A stretch of 42,608 nt of DNA, from sequence record JN882298. One strand, given 5' to 3'. The notes beneath the pieces were generated by a model. It was given only the letters and a program-made list of their open reading frames with translations, did no database searches and was not told where the DNA came from. The position numbers were made by a program, and so were the translations under genes. Positions 1-8,752 of the stretch are shown here, one piece after another (the stretch's first letter is position 1; each line of letters starts with the position of its first letter). The stretch comes from Escherichia phage phiKT.

Positions 1-1
1 C

Positions 2-427
2 GCTGAAAAGTCACCATACGAAGACTCAGTATATGCTACATGTGCTCGCTATGGCCTTAAGCCCGGAGATAAGTTCAAGGTAATCAACGCAGACCTTTAC
101 AAGGGTTTATCCGTTGGTGATATTGTAACTCTGCGAGAGGACGATGGTTCACCTTGCCCGTACTTTATCCGTGAGGCTACAGGACGGCTGGTATGTATCT
201 GCTTAGCGCGCCTCGTACCAGTGGCGGCTAACCAATCCAATATACGGGCACCCACCGCAACCCTGTCCACAGTGGACCAATTCAAATCAGAGATTGACGC
301 GTTACGTGCCAAGGCTACACAGAAGCGCGACCAGATTGCTCAGCTCTCAGAAGAGATTGCCGGGATTAACATCGCTATCTACAACACACGCAAGAAACTC
401 AAAGCCAGCTTAGACGGGTACATCTGA
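2..427 (+). CDS. Early hypothetical protein, 5'-truncated at the window edge (C-terminal coiled-coil-like segment)
   Basis: Frame 2 is open from the first base to the stop at 425..427; it is in frame with the ORF that runs off the right edge (42283..42608) if the sequence is circular. Confidence 0.5.
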   Translation, partial: AEKSPYEDSVYATCARYGLKPGDKFKVINADLYKGLSVGDIVTLREDDGSPCPYFIREATGRLVCICLARLVPVAANQSNIRAPTATLSTVDQFKSEIDALRAKATQKRDQIAQLSEEIAGINIAIYNTRKKLKASLDGYI

Positions 428-445
428 TGCTCAAAGGTGACAAAC

Positions 446-757
446 ATGAAACCGAATCAAAAGAAAATCCTCACGTACCTGCTATGCTCAGTCGGCCTGT
501 TATGGGCGGTGGCGGGGGCAATGCAAGCGTATGCTTCGACCCATATGCAGCGGGAGACAGTGACGTTCAACAGTCTTTTCAAGTCGGATGGGATGACTAT
601 CAGTGAGTATTGTTCTGTGACATTGCAGGGCAATACACAGATTGTTGAAGCATCCTGTTACGGCATACTGAAACCTACAGTGACGGACTTACAACGCCGC
701 TACCCACTCGTGGCCTTCCACGTGATTATCAATGGCGAGTCACTGAACACTATTTGA
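446..757 (+). CDS. Small early protein with N-terminal signal peptide (predicted secreted/periplasmic)
   Basis: Track ORF 437..757; internal ATG at 446 preceded by AAGGTGA; basic n-region (KPNQKK), hydrophobic h-region (ILTYLLCSVGLLWAVAGA), AYA-S cleavage-like site. Confidence 0.55.
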   Translation: MKPNQKKILTYLLCSVGLLWAVAGAMQAYASTHMQRETVTFNSLFKSDGMTISEYCSVTLQGNTQIVEASCYGILKPTVTDLQRRYPLVAFHVIINGESLNTI

Positions 758-765
758 GGTGTATC

Positions 766-1056
766 ATGGAATTATCTGATGATGAACTGCGCCTGATTCG
801 TCGGGCGCTGGCGTTCGCAGTCCGCCACCTTCACACCTGTGTCGAGGAAGCACGGGATAATCACCGCGTAAAAGAGAAGCTCGACTGTCAGGTCGAGGCA
901 GCACGTTTAGCCACACTATCGGAGAAACTCCATGAGCAACTCATCAAACAACTCAAAGTTAAATCTAAAAACACTACACGAGGAACTGAGGGATGCGGAG
1001 CCAGATGCACTAATCTCTGTGCGGCAGGCGCGTGTCCTAATCGCCAGTCTGATTAA
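766..1056 (+). CDS. Early hypothetical protein (3' portion uncertain)
   Basis: Track ORF 754..1056; ATG at 766 with GAGG 5 nt upstream; C-terminal third is Cys/Gly-rich and overlaps the next gene by ~125 nt. Confidence 0.4.
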   Translation: MELSDDELRLIRRALAFAVRHLHTCVEEARDNHRVKEKLDCQVEAARLATLSEKLHEQLIKQLKVKSKNTTRGTEGCGARCTNLCAAGACPNRQSD

Positions 1057-1258
1057 CCTCCAGAATGTTGTGGTGTCATTGATGGACACCATGGACCATA
1101 ACACCAAAATCATGAACGACTCCCACGCAGCGACGAATGAGAATTTCATCGGGCTGTTAGGCATCTGTAAGGTGCTGGGCCGGGAGTTAAACGTCGAGAT
1201 TAACGGCATCAACGAGGCCACCACAGGCTCCCCATACAACAACAAAACGAGGCACTAA
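932..1258 (+). CDS. Early hypothetical protein
   Basis: ATG at 932 with GGAG 7 nt upstream; protein-like composition. Confidence 0.5.
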   Translation: MSNSSNNSKLNLKTLHEELRDAEPDALISVRQARVLIASLINLQNVVVSLMDTMDHNTKIMNDSHAATNENFIGLLGICKVLGRELNVEINGINEATTGSPYNNKTRH

Positions 1259-1259
1259 C

Positions 1260-1565
1260 ATGAGCGAACGTATATGCGTACCATATGCATGTAAAGGCAA
1301 TCCAGACGTACACACTATCGTAATTCCAGCAGGCTTTATCAGTCTGGAAGACCTCTTGTCCCATGTCGGCTTCCAGCTTGGTATGGGCGGCCAGTTGCTG
1401 GATGAGTTTAACGGCCTTCTGGCACAGGAATACACAGCAGGCAAGCGCGCGCTGGCCGAAGTCCTGAGCCGGGCTACTCATAGCGCGGCGTACACTCCCA
1501 ACATGGAGGATGCGCACCGTATCCTGATGGCTGAAGAATTGGGGTATGCAAATGACCGTGAGTAA
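1260..1565 (+). CDS. Early hypothetical protein
   Basis: ATG 2 nt after the preceding stop, GAGG RBS; 101 aa. Confidence 0.55.
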   Translation: MSERICVPYACKGNPDVHTIVIPAGFISLEDLLSHVGFQLGMGGQLLDEFNGLLAQEYTAGKRALAEVLSRATHSAAYTPNMEDAHRILMAEELGYANDRE

Positions 1566-1656
1566 AGCCATTGGCTGGCTGATAGCCTACGCAGTGTTTT
1601 CTATAGTCGCCAACGTCATCGGCGGCATCTCGTTAATCATGTTCTTGTTAAAGTGA
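1552..1656 (+). CDS. 34-aa hydrophobic micropeptide (single predicted transmembrane helix)
   Basis: ATG overlapping the end of the upstream gene; peptide MTVSKAIGWLIAYAVFSIVANVIGGISLIMFLLK; below the ORF-track size cut-off. Confidence 0.35.
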   Translation: MTVSKAIGWLIAYAVFSIVANVIGGISLIMFLLK

Positions 1657-1662
1657 GGCGAT

Positions 1663-1938
1663 ATGTCCGAGTTCCAGAAGAAATTCAAACAGGCGTTTTA
1701 CGCTAACTTCTCCCGCCGCCGGACCGATGTAGATGGCGTCATTTCCTACCGGACCTATTTTGGTACGTCCCTCCCTACCACGCGGTACGTAGAGACGCTG
1801 GTGGATGAGAAGAAGTCTGCGACGGAAGGCGTGGACACAGTGGCGATTGTTGATCAGATTCGTGTGCACCACTTCAACGAAATCATGGGATACATCGACA
1901 ACGAACTGCGCAAGGTTCTCAAATTGCAGGAGGGGTAA
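1663..1938 (+). CDS. Early hypothetical protein
   Basis: ATG with GAGG RBS; 91 aa; followed by a 166-bp intergenic region. Confidence 0.55.
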   Translation: MSEFQKKFKQAFYANFSRRRTDVDGVISYRTYFGTSLPTTRYVETLVDEKKSATEGVDTVAIVDQIRVHHFNEIMGYIDNELRKVLKLQEG

Positions 1939-2104
1939 TGAGATTCCTGTGTAAATTAGGGATTCATCGCTACCGAACTCGACCGGAGTGGCATACAGTT
2001 CCTGAAGTGTGTAATCATGTGCAGACTGGTCGGTGGGTTCGTGTATGCTTCCACATAGGTTACTGTACCCGCTGTAATAAACGGGAATTTTCGAGGGGTA
2101 TGTA

Positions 2105-2923
2105 ATGAACTACCGGGATTCCGATTGGTATTTGGCTATAAAAGACCACCCGGTCGGTACGCGGTTACGGATGGCACACGATGGCTGCTCCACAAGTGAG
2201 GCACTCATCGTTACAAAACAGGATTCCGGGGTAAGCGCGTATTGCTTCCGTTGCAAGTGGAACGGATTCGTTGGCGCGCCTCCTGAATCGTTGGCCCAAA
2301 AGTTAGAGCGTAAATCTCGTGAGAAGCTCGCCAGCAAGGTGATGAAGGACAGTAAGGCGTTACCATTGCCTAAGTGTGAAAACATCGCTGAATGGCCGCT
2401 GGAAGCGCGTATTTGGCTCTATAAAGCTGGACTTAATAACCATGACATATCTGAAGCTGGTATTTATTATCATGGAGGCAGTAATCGTGTGGTCATTCCT
2501 GTATTTGATGGTGACGCGCTGGTGTATTGGCAAGCCCGTGGATTTGACCCTGAAGCGCCTAAGTACCTCAATCCGTCGGTGGTGGACCGGACTGCTCTTG
2601 TCGCCAACTGGTACGGCTCTGAAAGATGCCTTGTTCTTACAGAGGACTGGCTATCAGGCTACCGGGTACATCGGGCCACAGGCTTCCAAGTATATGCCCT
2701 CCTTGGGACAACACTCACGGACGCAATCGCGGCCCAAATCGTCTACAACCGTGTACCAGTGGCCGTATGGCTCGACCCGGATTCGGCGGGCCAGACTGCG
2801 GCGCGGAAGATTATTGCTAAACTCAGTGCGCTGAACCACCCGGTTAAAAACATCGTCACTGAGCGTGACCCTAAACTTTACAGTGACGCAGAAATCCGGG
2901 AGGTGTTAGGTGAGTCTGGATAG
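2105..2923 (+). CDS. DNA primase (zinc-ribbon + TOPRIM-like)
   Basis: N-terminal Cys cluster (C..C..CFRC); TOPRIM-like acidic motifs (LTEDWLSGYRV, VWLDPDSAG); sits immediately upstream of the helicase as in phiKMV-type phages. Confidence 0.8.
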   Translation: MNYRDSDWYLAIKDHPVGTRLRMAHDGCSTSEALIVTKQDSGVSAYCFRCKWNGFVGAPPESLAQKLERKSREKLASKVMKDSKALPLPKCENIAEWPLEARIWLYKAGLNNHDISEAGIYYHGGSNRVVIPVFDGDALVYWQARGFDPEAPKYLNPSVVDRTALVANWYGSERCLVLTEDWLSGYRVHRATGFQVYALLGTTLTDAIAAQIVYNRVPVAVWLDPDSAGQTAARKIIAKLSALNHPVKNIVTERDPKLYSDAEIREVLGESG

Positions 2924-4193
2924 TGAATTTCTCCGTAGTATCCGACATCGCTCTAAGTTCAAAGAGCGCATAGGCACTACGCCGCTGTATCTCTTCGAAG
3001 AGAAAACGAGAGATATTGTTAAGCTAATGAGCCGTTACTTTCGACAGTACAAATCAGCGGAGGTTATAGAGAAAGATGACTTCATCACTTGGATTAATGA
3101 ACTGAAGGGTGAGAAGTTTACGGATGCAGATAAGATTCTCTTTGATGCACTCATGGAAGATTTTGAGTACGACCTGTCCGCCGCCGCCGAGCAATTCCTG
3201 ACGGAGCGGTTGCAGGAGTCCGATTTAGTCTACAAAACCGCCGACCTTATTGAGAAATGGTCGAACGGTGATGAGATTGAAATTATTGAGCAAATGAAAA
3301 TCGTCACCGACAAAGCGGCATTTGGCCGTGCTGACCGGGACGGTATTAAAGTAGTCACAGAGTCGATTGAGGAGATTCTGGAGCACGCCGGGAGCAAGTG
3401 GGGATTCGAGTGGTCATTGCCAATATTAGCTAAGGCCATGCGACCCGCACAGCCGGGAGACATGATTCTCATAGCTGCCCGACCGGACCAAGGGAAGACT
3501 ACATTCATCGGTAACATTGTCCGGCCTTGGCTGGCACAACTGGATGAAATATTTCCCGATGAAGAACGCTGCATTCTCTGGCTCAATAACGAGGGACCGG
3601 GTACTCGTATCAAGCTCCGAAATTACCAATCGGCCCTCGGCCTGACTATCCCAGAAGTGGACCAGATGGCTCATACTCGTGGGATGCTGGACGAGGAATA
3701 CAGGAAGGTGGTAGCCAATGCCGACCGCCTGATTATCCTCGACGTCCACGGCAAGAACACGGCGCAGATTGAACGCAAAATTACGGAATTGAAGCCCGGT
3801 GTTATAGTCTGGGACATGCTGGATAAGGTGAAGTATGTTACAGAGGACGCTTTTAGGAACACTCGCACAGACGAATATCTTGAAGGCTTGTACTCATGGG
3901 TACGCGAATCCGGTGTTATATATGACTGCGTTAACGTCGTATCAACACAGTTATCCGGTGATGCTGAAAATATGCAGTATCCGCACCTAGGAATGCTCAA
4001 GGACTCAAAGACAGGCAAGCAAGGTACGGCTGATGCCATCATTACGTTCGGGTCGGTTGACACTTATCCCCGTACACGATTCATCGGTCTTACTAAAAAT
4101 AAGCTCAATATGGGCCGCGCTACGAGTCGCCTAGGCGAAGTCATATTCGACGGTGCACGTGGCTTAATCACTATGCCAGAGGTAGAGAAATGA
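2910..4193 (+). CDS. DnaB-like replicative DNA helicase
   Basis: Walker A (AARPDQGKTTF) and RecA-fold motifs; GTG start with GGGAGG RBS; overlaps the primase stop. Confidence 0.85.
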   Translation: MSLDSEFLRSIRHRSKFKERIGTTPLYLFEEKTRDIVKLMSRYFRQYKSAEVIEKDDFITWINELKGEKFTDADKILFDALMEDFEYDLSAAAEQFLTERLQESDLVYKTADLIEKWSNGDEIEIIEQMKIVTDKAAFGRADRDGIKVVTESIEEILEHAGSKWGFEWSLPILAKAMRPAQPGDMILIAARPDQGKTTFIGNIVRPWLAQLDEIFPDEERCILWLNNEGPGTRIKLRNYQSALGLTIPEVDQMAHTRGMLDEEYRKVVANADRLIILDVHGKNTAQIERKITELKPGVIVWDMLDKVKYVTEDAFRNTRTDEYLEGLYSWVRESGVIYDCVNVVSTQLSGDAENMQYPHLGMLKDSKTGKQGTADAIITFGSVDTYPRTRFIGLTKNKLNMGRATSRLGEVIFDGARGLITMPEVEK

Positions 4194-4777
4194 TTGATAC
4201 AGTAGTTTTAACGGCATCCGGCCAATACGTGAATATCCTTGCGCCAACCGAGGATGAGATTGACATCCATGATATTGCTCATGCGTTGGCTAATATCAAT
4301 CGGTTCAACGGTCACACCGCTGTACCCTACACGGTAGCAGAGCACTCATTGCGCTGTTCAGCCTTGCTTAAGGCGTGGGGATACACTCCCTCATCTCAGT
4401 TGGCTGGCCTGCTGCATGATGCTACCGAGGCGTATATCGGCGACGTGGCTACCCCACTCAAACAACTGCTGCCAGAGTTCAGAGTCATTGAGAAGAATCT
4501 GGAAAAGGTTATTGAGAAGAAGTTCGACATTATCATTAATGACCGTCCAGAAGTCCATTACGCAGACCTCCAGCTACTGGCATCCGAACGCAAGTACCTG
4601 ATGCCGGAAACGCCTGAGTATGTTTGGGAGATTATCGACGGGATTGACCCGACGACCTACTCCACAGTGACCGGCAACAATCCTAAGTGGGGTGGTCGGA
4701 CGCATAAGGAACTGGTCGGCTGGTTCATTAAACGCTTTGAGCAACTTATCAACGAGGTACACAATGTTAAAAATTGA
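4190..4777 (+). CDS. HD-domain phosphohydrolase (5'-deoxynucleotidase-like)
   Basis: H...HD...D metal-binding pattern (AEHSLRC ... LLHDATEAYIGDV); ATGA overlap with the helicase stop. Confidence 0.7.
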   Translation: MIDTVVLTASGQYVNILAPTEDEIDIHDIAHALANINRFNGHTAVPYTVAEHSLRCSALLKAWGYTPSSQLAGLLHDATEAYIGDVATPLKQLLPEFRVIEKNLEKVIEKKFDIIINDRPEVHYADLQLLASERKYLMPETPEYVWEIIDGIDPTTYSTVTGNNPKWGGRTHKELVGWFIKRFEQLINEVHNVKN

Positions 4778-5057
4778 CCTGACTATCGGCGCATTTAGGA
4801 TAACCTCTGATGAACACAATTACATTCTGCACCAGTGCAAGCCTAAGACCAAGGGTAAGGACGTAGGAACTTTACATTGGGCGGTGGTCGGGTACTACAG
4901 CAGTCTGGAGCACGTCGCTGGTAATATCGCAAAGTGTGCCGCAGACGGCGTTACCGAAGGCTTCCCTATCTACCAACTCGACGACCTGAAGAAAGTAGAA
5001 CGGGCTATCTCAGAGGTAGGCACGGAACTGGTTAAGGCAATACAGGAGAAAATTTAA
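4764..5057 (+). CDS. Hypothetical protein
   Basis: Track ORF 4692..5057; internal ATG at 4764 with GAGGT RBS; TAATG overlap with the DNA polymerase start. Confidence 0.45.
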   Translation: MLKIDLTIGAFRITSDEHNYILHQCKPKTKGKDVGTLHWAVVGYYSSLEHVAGNIAKCAADGVTEGFPIYQLDDLKKVERAISEVGTELVKAIQEKI

Positions 5058-7450
5058 TGTCCTATGTAACGTTCGATTTGGAGACAACGGTCAAATCCTT
5101 GGCTAAACGCAAGGCCAGCCCGTTCCACCCGAACAATTTCATAGTGGCGATTGGTTGGAAACGACAAAACTGCTCTGTTCAGGGTAGTTACAGTAAAACG
5201 GGCGAGCACCATCCCAATTGGTTCGAAGGTCTTTTGGCAGGTACTAAATTACTTGTCGGCCAGAATATCAAATTTGACATTCTCTATGCTATAACCCGGT
5301 CCGAATCGGCATACGCCGCTTGGATGAAATGGGTAGAGGCCGGAGGAAATGTTTGGGATTGCCAGCTTGCCGAGTATTTACTGCGAGGTCAGGAACAATC
5401 AGCCCACATGTTGTCGATGGATGAGATGGTCGAGGAGTACGGCGGGAACACGAAGGTGGATGAAGTCAAAGCCATGTGGGAAGCAGGCTACGATACACCG
5501 GAGATTCCTGAAGACTTGCTGATGCGTTATCTCTGCGGTGAGACAAAGGATGATGGTACTCGCGTGTTCGGCGATATTGAGAACACCGAAGCAATCTTCC
5601 TCGGTCAATTGAAGAAGGCACGTAAGCGCGGCCACCTGAAGTCCATCATGCTTAACATGGGGAGCCTGTTGGCCTCCATAGAGATGGAAAAGAACGGTAT
5701 GGCCGTTGACCTGAAGCTGGGCTTAGAGCAAGCCGAGAAGCTGAAGGAAGCGTGCAACGAACTCCGCGAGAAAATGCAGCAGTACCTGCCAAGCGACCTC
5801 CCTTGCGAGTTTAACTGGGGTTCCGGGCACCACTTATCGGCCCTTATCTTCGGCGGCGCGATTAAGTACAAGCAGAAAGCCGAGATTCTGGATGACGAAG
5901 GCAACAACGTCTACCCGCAGATTAAGGCGGTTGGGTACGAAACAGTGACCGGGGACTTCGTTATACCGGGACACGGTATCTCAGAAGAACGTTTTCAGGA
6001 GATGGTCGAGGCCGGGAACATCGCCACGTACAAGGCTGGGAAGAAGAAGGGCCAATTCCGGTCCAAGCAGGTTAGCATTGATGACCTGTCCCGACCTAAG
6101 ACGAAGATTATGGAGTTCCGGTATAACATGCCGGGGTTCACGGAGCCGGACCCGAAGTGGGAGACGAAGCACGAAGGCGTTTATGCCACGAACGCAGACG
6201 TCATTGAGGAACTGGGAACGCGTGATGTACCGTTCCTGAAAGACCTCACCAAGCTCAACAAAATGGATAAAGACCTGACGACATACTATATCTGCGAAGA
6301 CCCTAAGAAAGAAGGTATGTTCAAAGGTATGTTGACGCTGGTCGGCGATGACGGCATTATCCACGGCAGTATTAACCACACCTCCACAGTGACCGGGCGA
6401 TTCTCTGCGAGCAACCCTAACCTCCAGAACATCCCCCGTGCGGACACTTCTGAAGTTAAGAAGCTGTTCATCTCGCGCTTCGGCGACGACGGCCAGATTA
6501 TTCAGTCTGACTTCTCGTCTCTGGAGATTTACGTTCAGGCATTACTCACAGGTGACAAGCAACTGCTGGCAGACCTGAAGAAAGGTCTGGACATGCACTG
6601 CGTTCGCGTCGCCAGTAAATTCGGGGTGTCTTATGAGGAAGCAGTCAAACGTTGTAAGAAGGATGTTAACGCGCCGGACTACAAGCTATGGAAGTCTCGC
6701 AGGACTGGATGTAAGGAATTTTCATTCCAACGAGCATACGGCGCTGGAGCGGCAGCAGTGGCGAACTCTACGGGGATGTCTATTGAAGACGTGCAGGACC
6801 TTATCAAGTTAGAGGACGAACGTTACCCGGAGATTGAACCATTCTATGCAAGAGTTACAGCAGCAATTAACGAAAGCCGAGTACCAACAAGTCTGTATGT
6901 ACATCATCCAGAGATACGGGGACTGTCTGTCTGCATCGGCAAAGGATTTTATAGAACGCCTGATGGGAAGAAATACACTTACCGAGAGTACCCTGCTCCG
7001 GCTGGTTTTATCAAACGCGGGGGTGCACACGCCTCCTTCTCGCCTCCTGAAATTAAGAACTACATTGTGCAGGGTACAGGTGGCGAGTGGGCGAAAGCTG
7101 CAATGTGGCTTGCAGTCCGCACATTCTATCGCTTCAACAACTTCGGAGGAAAGGCGCTCTTAGTCAACGTAGTCCACGATGCGGTGTATGTAGATGGCCA
7201 CAACGATGTACTCGTAGAGGCATGTGCGGCGCTGGAGGCATGTATGTTTGGTGCTAACGAACTCATGGAGTACCGCTTTGACTGGCAGGTAGATGCGCCA
7301 GTGCCTGCGGAAACAACATTCGGGGTAGCTATGTATTACGAGACTGGCGCGGATACCTTAGACGGCTTTAAGGACAAGGTTAAAGAGATGCGTATGTTAA
7401 ACAGAGAGTTATATTTAGGAGGCTATACCCCGTCATGGGAGAATGTATAG
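5057..7450 (+). CDS. DNA polymerase, family A, with 3'-5' exonuclease domain
   Basis: 797 aa; N-terminal exonuclease motif (FDLETT); Pol I-like palm/fingers signatures; conserved position in T7-like replication module. Confidence 0.9.
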   Translation: MSYVTFDLETTVKSLAKRKASPFHPNNFIVAIGWKRQNCSVQGSYSKTGEHHPNWFEGLLAGTKLLVGQNIKFDILYAITRSESAYAAWMKWVEAGGNVWDCQLAEYLLRGQEQSAHMLSMDEMVEEYGGNTKVDEVKAMWEAGYDTPEIPEDLLMRYLCGETKDDGTRVFGDIENTEAIFLGQLKKARKRGHLKSIMLNMGSLLASIEMEKNGMAVDLKLGLEQAEKLKEACNELREKMQQYLPSDLPCEFNWGSGHHLSALIFGGAIKYKQKAEILDDEGNNVYPQIKAVGYETVTGDFVIPGHGISEERFQEMVEAGNIATYKAGKKKGQFRSKQVSIDDLSRPKTKIMEFRYNMPGFTEPDPKWETKHEGVYATNADVIEELGTRDVPFLKDLTKLNKMDKDLTTYYICEDPKKEGMFKGMLTLVGDDGIIHGSINHTSTVTGRFSASNPNLQNIPRADTSEVKKLFISRFGDDGQIIQSDFSSLEIYVQALLTGDKQLLADLKKGLDMHCVRVASKFGVSYEEAVKRCKKDVNAPDYKLWKSRRTGCKEFSFQRAYGAGAAAVANSTGMSIEDVQDLIKLEDERYPEIEPFYARVTAAINESRVPTSLYVHHPEIRGLSVCIGKGFYRTPDGKKYTYREYPAPAGFIKRGGAHASFSPPEIKNYIVQGTGGEWAKAAMWLAVRTFYRFNNFGGKALLVNVVHDAVYVDGHNDVLVEACAALEACMFGANELMEYRFDWQVDAPVPAETTFGVAMYYETGADTLDGFKDKVKEMRMLNRELYLGGYTPSWENV

Positions 7451-7821
7451 AGCACACACAAGTGGGTGACCTGTTCGGATATGCAAACACCCGGCGCGGA
7501 GGACGTCCCATGAAGATGCACCGCGCCGTGTTCCTTGATGTGCATGGGTATCTGCCAGAAGTTGTCAGACATACGTGTGACAACCCGCGCTGTATAAATC
7601 CTGAACATCTGCTTGCAGGTACGCAGAAGGATAATATGAGGGACTGTGTTGAGCGCGGTCGGAGAACACCTCCACCGAGACACAACAAGCTATCACAGGA
7701 ACAAGTATTAGAAATACGACGTGGAACCACGCCAGCGAAAGACCTCGCCGAACGCTTCGGTGTGTCTAAAGTAACCATTTACAATGTACGCAAGTTAAAA
7801 AGAGGGTATTACCATGGCTAA
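7435..7821 (+). CDS. HNH endonuclease (homing-endonuclease-like)
   Basis: HNH motif region (HRAVFLDVHGYLP ... HTCDNPRCINPEHLLAGTQKDNMRD); overlaps the 3' end of the polymerase gene; alternative start at 7510 with GGAGG RBS. Confidence 0.75.
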   Translation: MGECIEHTQVGDLFGYANTRRGGRPMKMHRAVFLDVHGYLPEVVRHTCDNPRCINPEHLLAGTQKDNMRDCVERGRRTPPPRHNKLSQEQVLEIRRGTTPAKDLAERFGVSKVTIYNVRKLKRGYYHG

Positions 7822-8752
7822 GCAATTTTCAGTTTTGAAGAAGAAAGAACTGCTCGTAGACCAGACCAAAGCAAGCACTGGTGGTGACTATACGCCACCA
7901 GCGGAAGGTCTGGCCCGTGCCCGACTCGTCGCCTACGTCGAGGTCGGCAAGCACGAGAAGGTCAGTAAGCAATACGGCACCAAGGTCCAGAGCATGGTGC
8001 ATCTGACCTTCGAACTGTCCGGTCCGAAGTGGGAGCCGAAGAAGCTGGATGATGGTACTCTGATTCCGCAGCGTATCACCCTGAAAGAGAACCTGTCCAC
8101 TAACACCAAGGCGCGATTCTACAAGCTGTTCCTGAAGCTCCGCGATGGTCGTGAGGACATTACTCACTTCGCCGAAATGCTGGGTGAAGCCTGCCTCATC
8201 CGTATCAAGCACCGTGAGTACGAGGTGGATGCTGGCGGCAAGAAAGAGAAGCGCGTTGCGGTCGATGTGTACTCTCCAGACAGTGGCTGGTCAATCACCC
8301 CGCCGTACATCCTGAAAGATATTATGGATGAGAACGACGAACCGACTGGCGAGCAAGAGAAGAAGCACGTCACCGTCTCCGACCCGGTTAGTGACCTCCG
8401 CCTGTTCATCTGGGATTGCGCGGACAAAGAGCAATGGGACAGCCTGTACATCGAACCGGGTGACGGCGACCGCAGCAAGAACGTGTTCCAAGAACTGATT
8501 GTCAACGCGAAGAACTTTATCGGTTCCCCGGCTGAAGCAGCGGCACACGGCTCTGAATCTCTGGAGGCCATTCTGAAGGGTGGTAAGGGTGCCAGTGAGT
8601 CTGCCACTGACGATGATGATGATGACGGCTCAGAAGGCGCTGTAGAGGATAAGAGCAGCAAGAAAGCTACCTCTGTTGTGAAGAAGGTCGTTAAGAAGAC
8701 GGTAGAGGCTGAAAAGCCTGCTGACGAAGATGACTTAGGGGATATTGACTAA
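7814..8752 (+). CDS. Hypothetical protein with strongly acidic C-terminal tail (possible ssDNA-binding/recombination protein)
   Basis: 312 aa; C-terminus DDDDDDGSEG ... ADEDDLGDID resembles the acidic tails of phage SSB-type proteins; functional call is tentative. Confidence 0.5.
   Translation: MAKQFSVLKKKELLVDQTKASTGGDYTPPAEGLARARLVAYVEVGKHEKVSKQYGTKVQSMVHLTFELSGPKWEPKKLDDGTLIPQRITLKENLSTNTKARFYKLFLKLRDGREDITHFAEMLGEACLIRIKHREYEVDAGGKKEKRVAVDVYSPDSGWSITPPYILKDIMDENDEPTGEQEKKHVTVSDPVSDLRLFIWDCADKEQWDSLYIEPGDGDRSKNVFQELIVNAKNFIGSPAEAAAHGSESLEAILKGGKGASESATDDDDDDGSEGAVEDKSSKKATSVVKKVVKKTVEAEKPADEDDLGDID

Noticed and set aside
7118-7160. Partial third copy of the phage-promoter-like motif (tccgcacatt) inside the DNA polymerase gene
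   Set aside because: Only about 11 nt match and the TATAAGGG initiation element is absent; probably chance similarity.
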